Shown: in pieces, positions 13,527 through 28,100 of the stretch
Layout: every line of letters starts with the position of its first letter
Position numbering within the stretch: position 1 is the stretch's first letter
NCBI RefSeq assembly: GCF_902652985.1
Contig: NC_047023.1
Span: forward strand, 23,622,001 to 23,686,000
Direction: 5' to 3'
From: Pecten maximus
Taxonomy: Eukaryota
Length of the DNA stretch: 64,000 bases
Made by a program: the position numbers and the translations under genes
The notes under the pieces: generated by a model
Seen by the model: the letters and a program-made list of their open reading frames with translations, nothing else
Databases searched by the model: none
Told to the model about the DNA's origin: nothing

Positions 13527-13965
13527 TTTTTCTCTTACCCTGAACAGGGATATCCGCAGTTTTACCGGGTTGAGATTTTCTTATCTCACCCTAGGGAAAA
13601 GACAGGCTACACGTGCTCTTCTCACGTTCTCAACAAATTGTATTTCGTCACGTCAACGATACCATGACGTCACGGCAACAATACAATGACGTCACGTCGA
13701 CAATTCAATCACACCAGGTCAACATTTCCTTGCATTGATGTAACGTCAATATTAGATATATAACTTAGAGGGTAAACAGGGTAAGAGAAAAACATTCACA
13801 TCATTCACCCCCATGGAAGTGAGACAGGGGGATCTCAACCCTCGGGGTAAGATAATTAAGCTGCCAAACACTCGGCAAGCCTCGTAGGCCTCGTGTTTGG
13901 CAACTTAAGAATCTTCCCCTTGGGTTGAGATTTCCCTGTCTCACCCCCACGTGGATGAAATATTG
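13527..13965. mobile_element. non-autonomous element with internal inverted repeat and long terminal hairpin (Crypton-like architecture)
   Basis: ttttctcttaccctg (about 13527-13542) is inverted with cagggtaagagaaaa (13777-13792). An imperfect palindrome follows at about 13800-13959, centred on ctcggcaagcctcg. Confidence 0.6.
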
Positions 13966-16153
13966 TATTAGTCACACTATTGTAATCATAGTCGCTATAA
14001 ATGACAGAGCTCTTATTGCCGCTAGCTCTCTTGATTGCTTATATATATCTAGACTATGTCTTTTTCTCTGACGTAGATTCTGAATTTGGTAGATTGGAGA
14101 ATCTCTCTAGATAGATTGAACAGCCATTTTGATGTTGGAATGTCGCCGTGACCATATGTGTCGGGATTATGGCAAACTATAGATGGCAAAACAGTTCTTA
14201 AATCACACACATATAGTTACGTGAAATGATTTGATCTTACACACACTATAGATATATTTGTAATTGTAAATAAAGTCAACGATTGAGTGTAAATTCTGAG
14301 ATTAATAAATCATATGACATAGCCACGAGTGTAAAATTATATTCATTATATCATTATCTTTAATGATAATATCAGCAAAAAACTTGCAATTTTCGTTTCT
14401 ATATAAGACAGTCGAAATCCGGCTAGGATGAGACGTTTCCGTCTACCCAGATACTATAATGCGACGTCACATGATGTATTATGACGTCACAATAGTGTTA
14501 TTACGCATGTGTCTTACGGCATTTATGACATGGCCGTATGACATGGCAGAACGGGCCAGTTATGTGATAAATGTGATATTCACTTTTCTTTATAAAATAT
14601 CTTATATATCAATATTGCTTCATGGCTAAATGACAATTTGGCTTGCCATAGTCAACCGTAATTAAGATATCATTCAATTACTTAATTGCATTAGACTATT
14701 TTGGAATAAGGACATAAAGAACAGTGTCATTTTTTGTATTTTATTTTTAGCTTCGGTTAGCTTTATACTGTAAGAAAAGATGCAAAATTATTGGAACAGA
14801 TAGTTATCCCGCCAATGCACCTTCATCGTTTAGGACTTGCAGAGCTAAATAATTTACTATATGTTATTACTAGTGACTTCGCTCGTTTGAAGTTCAAATG
14901 ATAAGAAATTTATATCAAATTAAACTTTGAAGTTTTTTCTATCGGATTAATGTTATTATTGTATAGGTTAATTGGCATATCAGAGCACACGGGTACTCGA
15001 AAGACAGTAAACCAGTGCACTGTGGAACCCCCACCTGGGGAATTCCCGCCCTTTTATACCTCGAATCCTACGTACGTCATTCTATTTTCAGTAGAAGTGT
15101 ATTTTTTTATTTTACAAATCTCAAGACCCTACTCTTTATTCTCGTGTATGTAGAAAGTACCCATTTCATATGTTATTTACTCAGGAAAAACAGCTACAGA
15201 CCTATCAAACACAGTTTCCTCATGTACTTGGTTCAGGGGAAAACACCAAATGATTGGCTGATTTAGTTGTGCGAGTCCATTACCGGGTCCTTCCGTAGTT
15301 TCCAGTTGTATTGTTTCTTAATTTCTTTTTTGTTGTTGTTGTTGCTGTTGTTGCTGCTTTTTATTCAAAAGAAAAGGACATCAAATACAATATCTTTTGT
15401 TAAAAAAAAAAGAGTTTTATGTGAATAGATGACAATGAAATCACAATTTACGGAATGAAACGGGGACTAATTTTCCAGCGCGCGAAACGATCATTTTCAT
15501 ACTGTATTCATAGTGTTTTTAAGGTCATTTTTTTTCACTTGGCATGTTCATATAAAGAATCAACACTCAGAATATAAATACATATATGTACATTTTACCG
15601 TTTTGTGTTGCTTTAATCTATGTATGCTTTTACTTTGTTGTTACTTTGTTTGAAATGACATTTTTGTTGTCGTAATAATATATATAGCTCCACTGAGCTA
15701 TAAGTGTTTGCATTATTGTGCCATAGACGACACTAAATAAAGATGTTTGAATCTTCTACGAATTCACGTTAGGTTTAGCATCAAATTCAGATATTAAAAC
15801 ACGCTGATGGTCATTAAGCTGATATATAATCTATTAATCGCCTGTTAGATCCGGTACGCAGTGTAATACACAACATATATATATATACTTACCACGACAT
15901 GTACGTCCCTGTCTTAGGTGGTTCGCATGGAGATCCTTCTGATATCTGATCATAAACATAATAAAGCTGAATGATTGATTGATTTACCCAGTGAACTATA
16001 TATATAATTATATGTAGTAAAGTACGTCCATGATTTAACCAATTCCGTTGATAATTTAGTAGTGTGCAACCTTAAAATACATATAATGTAGTTATCTCCC
16101 TTGTAAAGAGCTCTCATTCATTAAACGTCCGAAAACGCTTTTCAATAAACAAC

Positions 16154-19100
16154 ATGGGAAAGGAAAAGAAAAAGAAGAAAGAAAGACATCGTGATCGACA
16201 TGCACACGGTTCTGGTAAACGGAAGAGGTACTATTTTGTTCCGTGTAACATTACGAGTTAATCTATTGTAATGTCGGGTTATCATATGACTTTCAGCACT
16301 ACGTTCTGTTTTAGTCTAGTCGACTGACGGTAGGCTACTAAAATATATTAACGCACTTGAGATTTTCTATCGATGGACGATTGAATCAGACACTTAAGCT
16401 AATATATATGCTGACTTACATGTCATAATGTCGGCATTTAAGGGCTAATGCACGTCCGGTCCATCTTGGAATTTTGACATGTCAATATTAATGAAAAATA
16501 GCGAATATAAGCAACAATAGTATTTCTACGAATTCGCTAACCTAGTGTGCAGGCTACTGTTTTGGAAAGATATAGAGCAATGGAGGGTATTATCGTCAGG
16601 TTAAGTATGACTGCTTCATTACCAGTGAATACTGTTCATAAAAATAAAATAACTGTTGTAGGTTAAGTTTAGGCTAGTGTTGTGTTTACCTGAGTCTGAC
16701 TTGTTGAGCGTTTATCACTTATACGAGGGAACATACTTTATTTGTATTTCCGGCCGAACAGAGGCCAGTTATCGTCAGGTGGAGGCAGTTATCGACGTCA
16801 CCGTCAATATTTTCATGCGTTTTGAAATGTTTCTTGTTATAAACACAAAAAATATGTCTACGTTTAAAGAACATGCATTGATCAACAAAAAAATGCATTT
16901 AAACCGTTGCATCCGTGCAAATATCATTGTCGGAAATGTTTTGGGTTTCTGCATGTGCTGCCCGAGCTTTCAAGCACTTTGCAACAGTGAACATTACATT
17001 CAGCATTGATGTTACGTCTGATAATACAATATTACGATATCAATAAATATCAGATGAAACTTGGAAGACACAGATCAAATACTGATCTTTTAAAATTAAA
17101 TCTTAAATTTAGAACAAACAATTGGGTCTTCTTAAAGACTAGGTTATTTATTTTGATTATGCAAAACTGACAATAACTGCCTCCAGTGTACCAAATTGTG
17201 GCAATTATCATCAGGCCGATTTACGGCATCGAAGAAGCCCGGATGTACATACAACGCGGGTCAACTTAGCAGACGCGGCGGAACTTCACATATATCAAAA
17301 ACATTCCAATGTTTGCTTTCGCGATTTGGATATTGAAAGGAGAAAGATGATGCACTTACCTTATTAAGTGACGTAAGAACATCAGAAAATTATGACGTGA
17401 AGATTATTAAAATATCTAAACTTAAATATTATCTGTTTGGAAACTTTGTCTGAATGAAAATAAGGCCAGAAACGTTCTAAAAAATTACTGTATTTGTTCA
17501 ATGAAAACTACAGCAATTTGACTTCAACATTTAATGAAATATTCAAAACTTTTGTAAAAACTGATGATAACTACAGCCTGACGATAATACCCTCCATTGC
17601 TCTACATGAAAAGCATCATTTAGGGCGAAAAAAGGGAAAAATAATTTTAAAAATCCAAGTTGTTACCATTAGTTAAAGTTAAAAAATGCACAAACATGAC
17701 TTTTTCAAAGGCACAATTCCTGAAAATAACATGAGCATCATATGTAACTTTACAGGAATGCACATACAATTACTCCTATTTCACAAAATATTCTAGTAAA
17801 TTTTGGTGGTATCTTATATAATTATCCAAAATACAAAAATGTAGTGTAAAAATAGATTTGGTGCTGGTGACCACTTCAAGTGTAAACTATAGGACCTGGA
17901 TTGTGGATTTCTTAAGGGTCAAATCAAAACCTTTGTGAAGGAGGGAGTAGTGTAAAAGTAGAAAGTATAAGGTCCCCTTACTAGCTCAGGCTAGTGGGAA
18001 TATTTCCCTTTAGCCAGTGTATCCATGCCATTTTTAATTTTCAGAAATATTAAAAATGACAGGGATACTGAAAAATGTGAAATACTTGGACAAGTTTAAT
18101 GGGAAAATCTATGGCAAATGGAATTTGACACCTCTATATGTACTACATGTACTTTCCTTATCATCTATCAAAGAAAAAGAACACCAATATTCACACATAC
18201 ACTCCTCATAACCAACAACTTGTAAACATCTCTCACAGCAAATACTAGAATTAACACTGTACATGAAAACTTAGACTGAGGGGAACGCATAAATTCAACC
18301 ACAGCAAAAGCAAATAGGACACTAGGTTTCTCTGACATAATATGAAGTCATTGTACATACTCGTCATACTGTTACACCACATTGGTATGACCACAGTTAG
18401 AGAAGCATCACCTGCATGAGATCCACACAAACAAGCACACAAAGACCAGCTTGAAACAATCCAACGCAAATCAGCTCGCTACATCTTCAACAATTACACA
18501 AACAGATCTCCAGGCACTTTTAACAACATGTTAAAGTCATTGCACTTGGATTCTCTAGAAAACAGACACACAATAGCTCGTCTAACACTCTTGTACAAAA
18601 TAAAACCCTCCCATGTGTCTATTCCCACAGAACATATTTTAACACAATCTGACAGAAGAACACAAGGATCACATAAATTTGAACAAATACAAACACGTAC
18701 AGACCTCTTTAAATACATGTACTTTCCACCAGCATCATTGACTAGAATTATCTCTGAACTGACATAGCCGCTACCAACACTCTATCTTCTTTCCAAAGCA
18801 GACTAGTTAAACATGTTCGCCAGCCTCTATAGTTAAGAAAAGTCTATCCTCTTCTTTTTAAATTGTACCAGCTGACTATTTTATATATAAGAAAAAATTC
18901 CCCCAAAAATATAAACTTTTCTGCAAATGTGCCCAGGAGAGATGTTATACAGACTTTCCTAAGAGTCTATTCCTTAAACGGAAGAAGAAGCCTAGTGGTA
19001 CTGATGTTTGCCTTGCTAATGAAGGGTCGCTTGTTTGAGCCCCAGTGTGGGTATTCTTCGAATTCATTACTCCTTCCTTTATATTACAATAGTAGTTTAG

Positions 19101-22100
19101 GTGATTATGCTTTGTGTGAACTACCTAGCCTGTCACATGTACATTGTGTAATGTGTGTGCTGAAAGACAGTACTACCTGTCATTAGCTTTAGGTAGCTAC
19201 CGTAGGTACATAAGTGCACATGTTAGAGGTAGTTCTCACAAATATCACAAAGCATGGTCACCTCAAATACTATACTGAGTTTAGTGAAGCCATATATACC
19301 CCTTATCATGTAATTTTTATTTTGTGTGTTGCAGGAGGGATGATTCAGACTCGTCAGATGAAGATTCACCATCAGATTCATCTGATGATTCTAGGTCACG
19401 ATCCAGGTCACCCAGATACAGGGAAAGGTCGAGGTCACCACGGCACCAGAGACGGTCAAGGTCACCAAAATATCGCAGTAGGAAATACTCTTCAGATTCT
19501 GATTCCTCGTCTGATAAACGCTCATCATCGTCAAAGTCAAAGAAAAAATATGAAAAAAAATCTTCAAAGAGTTCAAAGAAAAAGGAGAGAGATGCAGCAG
19601 AAATAGAGGAGGAAAAGAGGTATTCTCAAGAATCTATCAAATAGCTCCACAGTATAAATTTGTCACATCTTTATGAAAACTTGAATACTGTATAAAATAC
19701 AGGATATTAACCTGATATTATTCAACTAGGAATTGGTCAACAAAATATTAACAATTTACATTTAGTAGTAAATTTTCTTTAGTGTCTTATCTATCACAGT
19801 TGTTAACTAGATGTATAAGAATAAAAATACTATAGTTGTTCCAAAATTATTTGCGACTCTATGACCATAGTCAAAGATGTCAGATCATATGGGAAAAGTT
19901 GGGAAAAGCCATATCTTCATGAATCACCTAGTAGAGGTGAAACAGTACACTTTCAGCACGGTTCGGTACATATTGCTGTTATAGTGTTGACCGTTCAGTT
20001 TATTTTAAGATATATAAACCAAAATACAAATAGATGAATAGCTGATGTGGAATATATGTAAAACTAATTCGGCAAGTAGCTGCTGTTGCATCCTTTATCG
20101 GAAACCAAAATGTTTCTATACAGAAGATTGATAGTAAGCTGGGGAATCTCTTAGCACTAGTGCCATTTTCCCTGTAAAAAACATCTCTTAAATGTAAGGC
20201 CTCTTCTGATTGGGACTCATCAGATTTCCTTGACCAATCAAAAATCAGCTTTTACATAATATCGTCGGTCAACCTACCGCCGGCGCATAGTGAAATAGGC
20301 ACCCATATAAAAATGTACCACTCGCATTGCATACCATTATTTGCCGTTGCTATACTGTCTACCTAACCAAAAGAAAAGTATTGCAGTTCAGTTACACCGC
20401 GGTAAACTGTTTCACCCCTATCACCTAGTCTGTAAGTCCCCGGCTATCAAAACTATTGAGCAAATAAAAAATGTTACTAAATCTACAATGCAAGTACCTC
20501 ATTGAGTCTTTTTTCTACTTGAAACTCTAGGTCATAGTTTATGATATAATAGATATGGTTTTCAAGGTTCTAGAAACCATAAAAGAAAAAAATATACTGG
20601 CTTTATGTTACTGACTTTTCTTGTTGTAGACAACAGAAGGAATTGATAAAGGCTCTAGAAACTCCAGAGGAGAAACGAGCTCGGAGACTGGGTAAAAAAG
20701 AGGCTAAGGAGAGAAGACGGAAGGAAAAAATGGGCTGGGACAAAGATTACCTGGTAAAATAAATGTCCTGTGTGGTCAGTTTGTACAGTAGACTCATCAT
20801 TGATCTCTGTCCTGTGTGGTCAGTTTGTACAGTAGACTCACCATTGATCTCTGTCCTGTGTGGTCACCTTGTCAGTTTGTACAGTAGACTCATCATTGAT
20901 CTCTGTCCTGTGTGGTCAGTTTGTACAGTAGACTCACCATTGATCTCTGTCCTGTGTGGTCAGTTTGTATACTGTAAACGTACTTATTTTAGCGGTAATC
21001 ATATTTTAGCGCTTTTCGCGCTAGCATTAGTGCGCGAATTTATGTGCAGCGCTAATATATGTGCAGTGCTAAATTTTGTATCTAGTAAGTGTGCATACAT
21101 TACGTGAAATAACTAGCTATGTTTTGCTAGTAATCCAATACGATCTATCTCCCGTGGTGTGAACCAGTTATTTGACATCAAACACAACGTACAATGCTTA
21201 TCAATCGATGTTTATTTTATTCACAAAAACACAAAATGATAAATACAACACTACGCAAACACTGTCTCTGTTAACAGTTCATATGGCAGTAATTAGGGTA
21301 TAAGCCGCAAGGCTATAGGGCCTACAGTTCAGTCACGGATTTTATGAATAGCTCCCAGTATGCCGCTTTTGTCCCAACCACGCATGACTGCATCTTTCTT
21401 CACCGACTGAAAGGACGAAACCATCCAACCAGCATGGAGGGGTTTCAGGGTGGTAAGCTTGAGATCCACATTTACTGAATCGATCGGTCCACCAGTCTTG
21501 AGCAAACCATCCACACTGTCCGCGTACCAGTTTTGAAAACACGTTTTTACAGATCTTTTAAAGTCATTGTTTCCGGAAACGTCTAACGGTTGTAATTCCC
21601 CCGTACAAGATGCAGGGACATACCGAATACACGTTTTCTTTTTTGAGAACTTGGTGGAGTTTTAGTAATCTCATTGTTGGCTAATACAATATTTTCTGCA
21701 TCGGCCTGACAGTTTGCTAACCGTGGATCGGGTAACATCGACGACAGAGGTGGCGAATCCACAGCGGATATTAACCAACGTTTCAGCATGATAGATAGTT
21801 ATAAACTGACCAAACACACCAATACAACTAGTATACAATGTATCTATAGATTTATTCAGTAAAAACAACTCACAATTAAACTGTAGTCAGTGCGACCTGC
21901 CAGGCCCTATCGCTGACAATGTACAAATCTATTTTTAGTAACAGGGTGTTTTCCCAAAGTACAGTCGATTCCAGAAAAGCGTAGATGCGCTAATTCATGA
22001 TTGCGCGAATATGTCGCTGGTGGTGGTTTGCGCAAAAATATGAGTGCGCTAATATAAGTACGTTTACAGTAGTAGACTCACCATTGATCTCTGCCCTGTG

Positions 22101-25100
22101 TGGTCAGATTGTACAGTAGACTCACCATTGACCCCTGTCCTGTGTGGTCAGTTTGTACAGTAGACTCACCATTGATCTCTGTCCTGTGTGGTCACCTTGT
22201 CAGTTTGTACAGTAGACTCACCATTGATCTGTGTCCTGTGTGGTCAGTTTGTACAGTAGACTCACCATTGATCTCTATCCTGTGTGGTCACCTTGTCAGT
22301 TTGTACATTAGACTCATCATTGACCCCTGTCCTGTGTGGTCACCTTGTCAGTTTGTACAGTAGACTCACCATTGATCCCTGTCCTGTGTGGTCACCTTGT
22401 CAGTTTGTACATTAGACTCATCATTGATCTCACTATGGTTGCCTTATTGTTACTGATTTCTGTATACTTCAGGGTTACACCAATGCTGACAATCCATTTG
22501 GAGACGAACACTTACTTGATACATTCACTTGGGGAAAGAAATTGGAAAAGGAAGGAAAGAAAAATCTGACAAAGGATGAAATTCAGCACCTTCACAAACA
22601 GAAAATGGAGGAGAGTAGAGTATGTAGAATTTTAGAATTGAAATTTAACAGATTTTTGGATAATAACAGGTGCTTTCTTAATATATATGTATAATGAACT
22701 TTTCTGTAATTACAGTAGTGGTTGTCTTCATAAGTAATGCTTCTCTTATAATTACAGAATGCTTTATTGGTACATACATGTATTGACATTTTCTCAAGTC
22801 AGTGCACACTCAAACTGTTACTGATCAATCAAAGAAAAAAATGATATTTACAAACGATTAACGTAAGAATACAAGTAACTGTGCATTGTCTGTAACAATT
22901 CTGTGTAATCCTCTATCCCCTGGATACATATAGTAGGGAAATCACTTTCGAAAAGTTTATTTCTTCCTTACTTCTGGAAAACAAGCAATAAACATTACAT
23001 TATTTTTATTTCATTTCAGCGTGAACTCGAAAAGGTGAAGAAAAGAAGACTGGAAAGGGAAAAAGAAGATGAAGAAAGGGAAAAAGAGAGAGTAAGTTTT
23101 TAATATCGATAAAGATCAACTGGTTTTATGTCAAAGAGTTATCTACCTTGATAAGCTTTAAAGGTTTAGGAATACCTTCTGATAGTGATTATGAAAAACT
23201 GATGTAGAGTCAATCCTTTTTGTGAATACGCCAGAAGCAGAAACATTTTGGTAACTTATATATCTAATTAGGGTCTAATAGACTGAGGGAAAGAGATCTT
23301 GTCTAAAATAAAGAGGGGCTGAAAATCTTACTATGAAAACATAACGTTTCATGACCTCATGTAAACATCTGATATAGGTACAATATCTTCGTTTTTATGT
23401 GATAGACATTCATTTTCCATTCAAATTTCAATTTAATACTTGAATTTGTGAAGAATTTTGCAGATTAATGCCAATATGTGAGGCTCCCATGCTCTGGTTG
23501 ATACACTTTGAATTATTGAATATACATTGCTGTTTTTCTTCAAATTATCTTGGGAATTTGATGTGTGTATTTCTTGTTGTTTTTAGGAGATGATGCAGAG
23601 AGAAAAGGAAGTGGAATACTTCAGAGAATGGGAGAAACAGGAAGACAATGTATGTATTCATCCCTTACAAAATAATGTGGCTGGTCTTCACTCTCGCACT
23701 CTTCAAATTATCATTAGTATATAATTTTTCAAACTTTTCTTGAGATTTTTGTTGTAGAAACAATAACTGTTTGTTGTAATTTGAAGTGACATGCTTGATA
23801 AAATTAAAATTTTACTTCACATGATGTTTATATATCCTGAAGACTAACAAACAACAATTAATAGTTAAATTGTTTCTTTTCTAGTTTCACTTGAACCAAG
23901 CAAAGATGAGATCCAAGATCAGGATTCAGGATGGACGAGGTATGTTTTAAATACTTTTTTGGATAGACACAAAGATAGAGTAGACATCTATTGAAACAAC
24001 ACATCAATATTTCTTGTTATGTACAATGGAGTTTTTATGTTTGATTTTATATTTGCATTTAATAAGGATCTCTTATGAAATCACTAGTTAGGCTAAACTG
24101 ATTGAGTTTTTAGTTATCATTCTGGTTAAATACTTGACATAAGGTTTTGATTTTTAATATCATGATTAAATGTTTAAAATCTGAACTACCTTATACTTGA
24201 CAGCCAAACCCATTGACTTGCTGGCCAAGTATATCAATGCAGAAGATGATGATCTGGCAATTGAAATGCACGAGCCTTATACCTACCTCTATGTAAGTAT
24301 ACTTCCTCAGACTGTACATATCTACCTTGTCTATAGCCTAACGTTAGCTTTACCTTGTTATTGATACAGGGCCTGATTAACCTTGACCTTGCTATCTATA
24401 CAGAGCCTGACTAACCTTGACCTTGCTATCTATACAGGGCCTGATTAACCTTGACCTAGCTATTTATACAGGGCCTGACTAACCGTGACCTTGCTATCTA
24501 TACAGGGCCTGATTAACCTTGACCTAGCTATTTATACAGGACCTGACTAACCTTGACCTTGCTATCTATACAGGACCTGACTAACCGTGACCTAGCTATC
24601 TATGCAGGGCCTGACTAACCTTGACCTTGCTATCTATACAGGGCCTGACTAACCTTGACATTGCTATCTGTACAGGGACTGACTTACCTTGACCTTGCTA
24701 TCTGTACAGGGCCTGACTAACCTTGACCTTGCTATCAATACTGGACCTGACTAACATTGACCTTGCTATCTATACAGGGCACGAATAACCTTGACTTTGT
24801 TATTTATTTAGGGCCTAACAATCCCTGACCTTGATGATCTCCTGGAGGACATCAAGGTATACCTGGAGTTGGAGGAAGGGAAGAATGCTGACTACTGGCG
24901 TGACATCATCACAGTCACAAAAGATGAACTCAGTAAACTGAAGAAACTTGATACAAGTCAGAGAGGTGATTATTTCCAAAATCTGTTTAATCCAACAAAA
25001 TGTTTAATTCTTTGGGGTTCACACATTAAATTATCATTATATTCAGGAGCCAGTATCATTGCAGATGTTCAAATCAAATTTTGAAATATTTGTTTGTAAA

Positions 25101-28100
25101 TACATGAAGCATTTGAATACAATACCGTAATAATCAAAGAATATTTTTTCCTGTTTTTTTTTCTATACTTTGTAGTACATGTATATATATATTTTTCATA
25201 AAAATAGAATTTGAAGTGTCATGCTAGTTAACCTTTGACTTTACATTGTAAAATACCAATTGGAAATTCCAACTTGAATGATAAGTTATTAATATGACCG
25301 AATTACCAGGGGGGATATTCGGTTTTAATCAATCTAATAATCGTTTATGAGAGGTGTTCTGATAATTAATAATGATGTTGGTTGGCATCACTTCCTCTGG
25401 TTGATGTGAAGCATTACAAGAGATAATGTGTGATTTGGTACTAAATTAGTATAATTTTTTCCGGACAGAATTTCATGACAGACGTGAGGGCATCAATGAA
25501 TCGGTCAATGTAGAAGTGGCTGGTATCTTCAAAGGCAAGACAACTAATCAGCTGGTAGCTCTAGAGGTTCAGATGAAAAACAAACTGAAGGGAGGCGAGG
25601 GTGTAGACGTAGGTCTGTATACCCACATTCTTTATTACAAGATGTATAATACAATTGTAACATCTATAGTAATGCTATTGATGTGAAGTACAACATCGTC
25701 CAGTTAGTAAACATACTGAGCTTATCAGTATCGTCAAAACGTCATGTCAGATGATCTACTAGACATACCATTATCGTCACAACGTCATGTCAGATGATCT
25801 ACTGGATATACCAGTATCGTCACAACATCATGTCAGATGACCTACTGGACATATCAGTATCGTCACGTCATTTCAGATGATCTACTGGACATACCAGTAT
25901 CGTCATGAAGTCATGTCAGATGATCTACTGGAGTGACATACCAGTATCGTCATGAAGTCATGTCAGATGATCTACTGGAGTGACATACCAGTATCGTCAT
26001 GAAGTCATGTCAGATGACCTACTGGACATACTAGTATCGTCATGAAGTCATGTCAGATGATCTACTGGACATACCAGTATCGTCATGAAGTCATGTCAGA
26101 TGATCTACTGGACATACCAGTATCGTCACAACGTCATGTCAGATGATCTACTGGACATACCAGTATCGTCATGAAGTCATGTCAGATGACCTACTGGACA
26201 TACTAGTATCGTCACAACATCATGTCAGATGACCTACTGGACATATCAGTATCGTCATGAAGTCATGTTAGATGATCTACTGGATATACCAGTATCATCA
26301 TGAAGTCATGTCAGATGACCTGGATATACCAGTATCGTCATGAAGTCATGTCAGATGACCTACTGGACATACCAGTATCGTCATGAAGTCATGTCAGATG
26401 ACCTATTGCTATCAAGCTTTGTTCTTTGTTGTGCATGATGCAAGATATTTTTCCTTCAAATGCTAATCCTCCTAAATGCTCCACAGAGGAGAGTGGTAGG
26501 GCTATAATTCCCTAAATACCCAGTAAATGAATTTAGAATAGATCAGCCACAGAATTTCAGCCTGTGTTTTTGATTTTAAACAAATCTGAGAGCAGACAAT
26601 AATTTCTACTACTGCGACTTTGATTTGTAAATTACTGTCTGATTTCAAACAAATTTGGTATATAGTTGAATAATTACAGTAAAACGTAACTTCATTTCAA
26701 GACAGTTGTATACAGGGTAAATCATACTTAATGTTTTTATTTAAGGTTACTGGGAATCCCTGCTTCAGCAACTTAAAGCTCACATAGCGAGAACGAGGCT
26801 GCGGGAGCGTCACCAGGATGTTCTGAGACAGAAGCTCTTCAAGCTCAAACAGGAGGTACATGCTGACAGAGTAACAAACAAAAGCAAGAGAGTTTGACAT
26901 ACTATATTACATATTGATCCATATGAATTTCACACTATCGCTGTAGAATTACTATACATTTTTTATATGTGGTAATTTGTACTGGTGTGGAAATTTCTAT
27001 TTAGATTTACTTACTTGAAATAGGTCTCGGTATTAAATAATTACTCTTTCCATGTCTGTAACACTCTGGTTGGACTTTGCATTCAGGTTTTTTTCTAAGA
27101 TACAAATGTATTTATTTTAGAATAATGATACATTGTTGTATTTTGATCTAAATATTGATATAAATACCAATAACAAGTATTTCAAATTTCGGACATGATT
27201 TGAACTTCAGTTAGACTCTGTTCATTCCATCAGGGAAGCAGGGATGTACGTTTCACTCATGTTTAAATTAGAATATCAGTGTATACCATGGGTACATACC
27301 AGTATGACAAAATCTCTTAAATGCTAGTTTACATATGTCACTTGATTTTTTGTTAAAATTTCCTTTGTAGCAAGGAATAGAATCCCAACCCCTATTTCCT
27401 TCTGCCACTGGTACGGAGAGTTCTGCATCAAGGGAAAGCACTCCGCGTCCTGAGACTACAATGGCACCACCTGAAGTGAAAGTAAAACAGGAAGAGATAC
27501 AAGAGGAGTCTGAAGCTGGCCCTAGTGGGGAGGCAGCAGATGAAGATGAGGAGGATGAGGGGGAGAAGTATGTGTAATGAGGGGATGGCAACTGGGATTC
27601 GATAATAATTCATGGAATAGCTACATCTCTTTGTCTTTTATGTCAAAACATACCATTCATAGGAATGTCTTCTAGTTCTGTGACTTTTGTAAATTAATTA
27701 AAGATATCGGGTAACTACAGCCGAGATATAATTCTAGATCTAGATCTTACCAAAGATCTGATACTTCATGTTCAATGTGGTCTATGGGTGTAATTAGTTA
27801 AAAACATCAGAACATGGAACCATTGAACTCTATTTGTGGAGGCATACACTGGTGTTAATGTTTAACTGGGTGATAAGTTCGGCTTAGATTCTTTTTCTTC
27901 TGCACTATAAAAATGGTAAAATTCCAAGATGATCAAAAGGTCACTACATGGGTTCACTAATAACAACAAATGAAATACAAAATAATGATGTTTTTTTTAT
28001 TACATTCCTGATGTTCCTCTTGTATTACAGTAAGATTATATTGCTTGTTGACAGTGAGGATGATGAGGCTGTTATCACTGAGGAGGACTTGGAAGAGCAG

